Source: Mobula hypostoma (Eukaryota). Taken from it: 64,000 bases of DNA. The translations under genes and the position numbers were made by a program. Below the pieces are notes generated by a model. That model saw only the letters and a program-made list of their open reading frames with translations. It searched no databases and was not told the origin of the DNA. Numbering within the stretch: the first letter of the stretch is position 1; each line of letters starts with the position of its first letter. Location: positions 34,598,001-34,662,000 of the forward strand of contig NC_086108.1 in assembly GCF_963921235.1 (NCBI RefSeq). Reading direction: 5' to 3'. Below, piece after piece: positions 62,675 to 64,000 of the stretch.

Positions 62675-62710
62675 AATCCTGATGAAGGGTCTTGGCCTGA
62701 AACATCAAGT
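62675..62710 (+). ncRNA. Minimal type-I hammerhead motif in a Penelope terminal repeat (best-preserved core; repeat extends to ~62805)
   Basis: aatc-CTGATGA-AGG-gtcttgg-CCT-GAAA-CATC-aagt. Both catalytic boxes and stem II are intact; stems I and III are mutated. Confidence 0.7.
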
Positions 62711-63139
62711 CTTTAATCCTTTCCAGAGGTGCTGCCTGACCTGCTGAGTTCCTCCAGCATTTTGCACATGTTACTCTGGATTTTCAGCATCAGCAGAATC
62801 TGTTGCGTTGAGGATGAAGTGATGTATTATGGAAGATGCAGCAGGGAACGAAGTGAACATACAATAAATGGGAGGATATTGAGTAATGTAAAGGAGAGAT
62901 CTTAAGGCACATGTCCACAGATAAAATGGTAAAGTACAGCATGAACACTGGCATTTCCATAGCAATGTGAAAATATATGCAGGTATGTCCTTCTGCAATG
63001 AACAGGACATTTCCATTCTTGCTAATTAGTAATTGCTCTGAATCATAAGCAAAATAATGAGAATTGTTGTCAACTGGATTATCAAATGGCACTTAGACAC
63101 CAATAACCTAACCACAAATGCTAAGTTTGGATCTTGCAA

Positions 63140-63600
63140 GGGCCATTCCACATGGCCTCAGTACAGGCTTGGTCCAGACATGGAACAAAGAGCTGAAATC
63201 TAGAGTTAAGATAAGAGTGATTACTCTCGACATGGAGGCAGTTCTGACTGAGTATAGCATCAAGGGTTGCTGGTAAACTGAGCATTATCATCAGCAAGGG
63301 GACAACGTTCCAATGGCTGAAGTCTTACCACACCTAAAGGTCAATGGTTGTAGTTGTCAAAAGTCAGAGTAATACTGCAGGAGTTTCTTGGTATTCTTCT
63401 TTGTCCAACTATTTTCAACTTCATCATTGACCTTTCTTTGATCATAAAGTTATAAGTGGTGATGTCCACTGATAATTGCACGGTGACTACTTAGCAAATG
63501 AGGTAGTCCAACTCCATATGCAGCAACACCTTGTAGGCACGGGTTGATAATTGGCAAGTGATTTTCATGCCACAGCACTGCCAGGCAATGGCCATCTCCA
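63140..63600 (+). mobile_element. Old CR1-clade LINE RT fragment
   Basis: LVQTWNKELKSRVKIRVITLDM...; GSSLVQ-like ttgtccaactattttcaac; gataattggcaagtgattttcatgccacag (W..W...F.P motif). Confidence 0.5.
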
Positions 63601-63742
63601 ACATGAGCTGCTGCCACAAAGTGCCTAAGTCCCAAGTTCAATCCTAATCTCAGCTGCCATCTGTATGGTGTTTGCACGTTCACCCTGTGACTGGGTGGAT
63701 TTCTTCTGGGTACTCCTGTTTTCTCCCACATCCCAAAATTCA

Positions 63743-64000
63743 TTTGTTATGTATGTCTCATATAACTTGGGTGATCATGGTCTTTCCATGACTATGCTTA
63801 TTCTTGGCAAATTTTTCTACAGAAGGAGATGGCCATTGTCTCCCTCTGGGCAGTGTCTTTACAAGACAGGTGACTCCAACCGTTATCAGTACTCTTCAGA
63901 GATTGTCCGCCTGGCATCAGTGGTTGCATAACTGGGACTGTGATATGCACCAGCTGCTTATACAACCATCCACCACCTACTCCTGTGGCTTCATATGACC
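63743..64000 (-). mobile_element. RTE/BovB-tailed retroposon (copy 3, cut by the window edge), inserted into a V-SINE starting ~63605
   Basis: Colinear with 1178-1430 and 59522-59770. Preceded by gtactcctgttttctcccacatcccaaa (V-domain). Confidence 0.75.

Overview
Vertebrate genomic DNA with no host gene I can support: it reads as intronic or intergenic and is densely filled with decayed transposons. The repeat set (CR1 LINEs with V-domain/HE1-like SINEs, DeuSINE relics, Rex1/Babar-type LINEs, Penelope-like elements, RTE-derived SINEs, a HERO element, Tigger and hAT transposons, one solo LTR) suggests a cartilaginous fish, probably a batoid; this is an inference. All long ORFs are TE remnants or low-complexity artefacts. 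Four signals stand out. (1) About 8 Penelope-type terminal repeats jointly give a minimal hammerhead ribozyme consensus. (2) A degenerate twister ribozyme lies at the 5' end of a short RTE-derived retroposon. (3) A chimeric MITE with hAT ends carries a captured Tigger end; one copy is nested in another hAT MITE and carries a piece of a third family. (4) A 3.7-kb 34/35-bp minisatellite with higher-order structure has grown inside a Penelope element. Boundaries without a stated TSD or TIR are approximate, and family names come from recalled motifs, not database searches.
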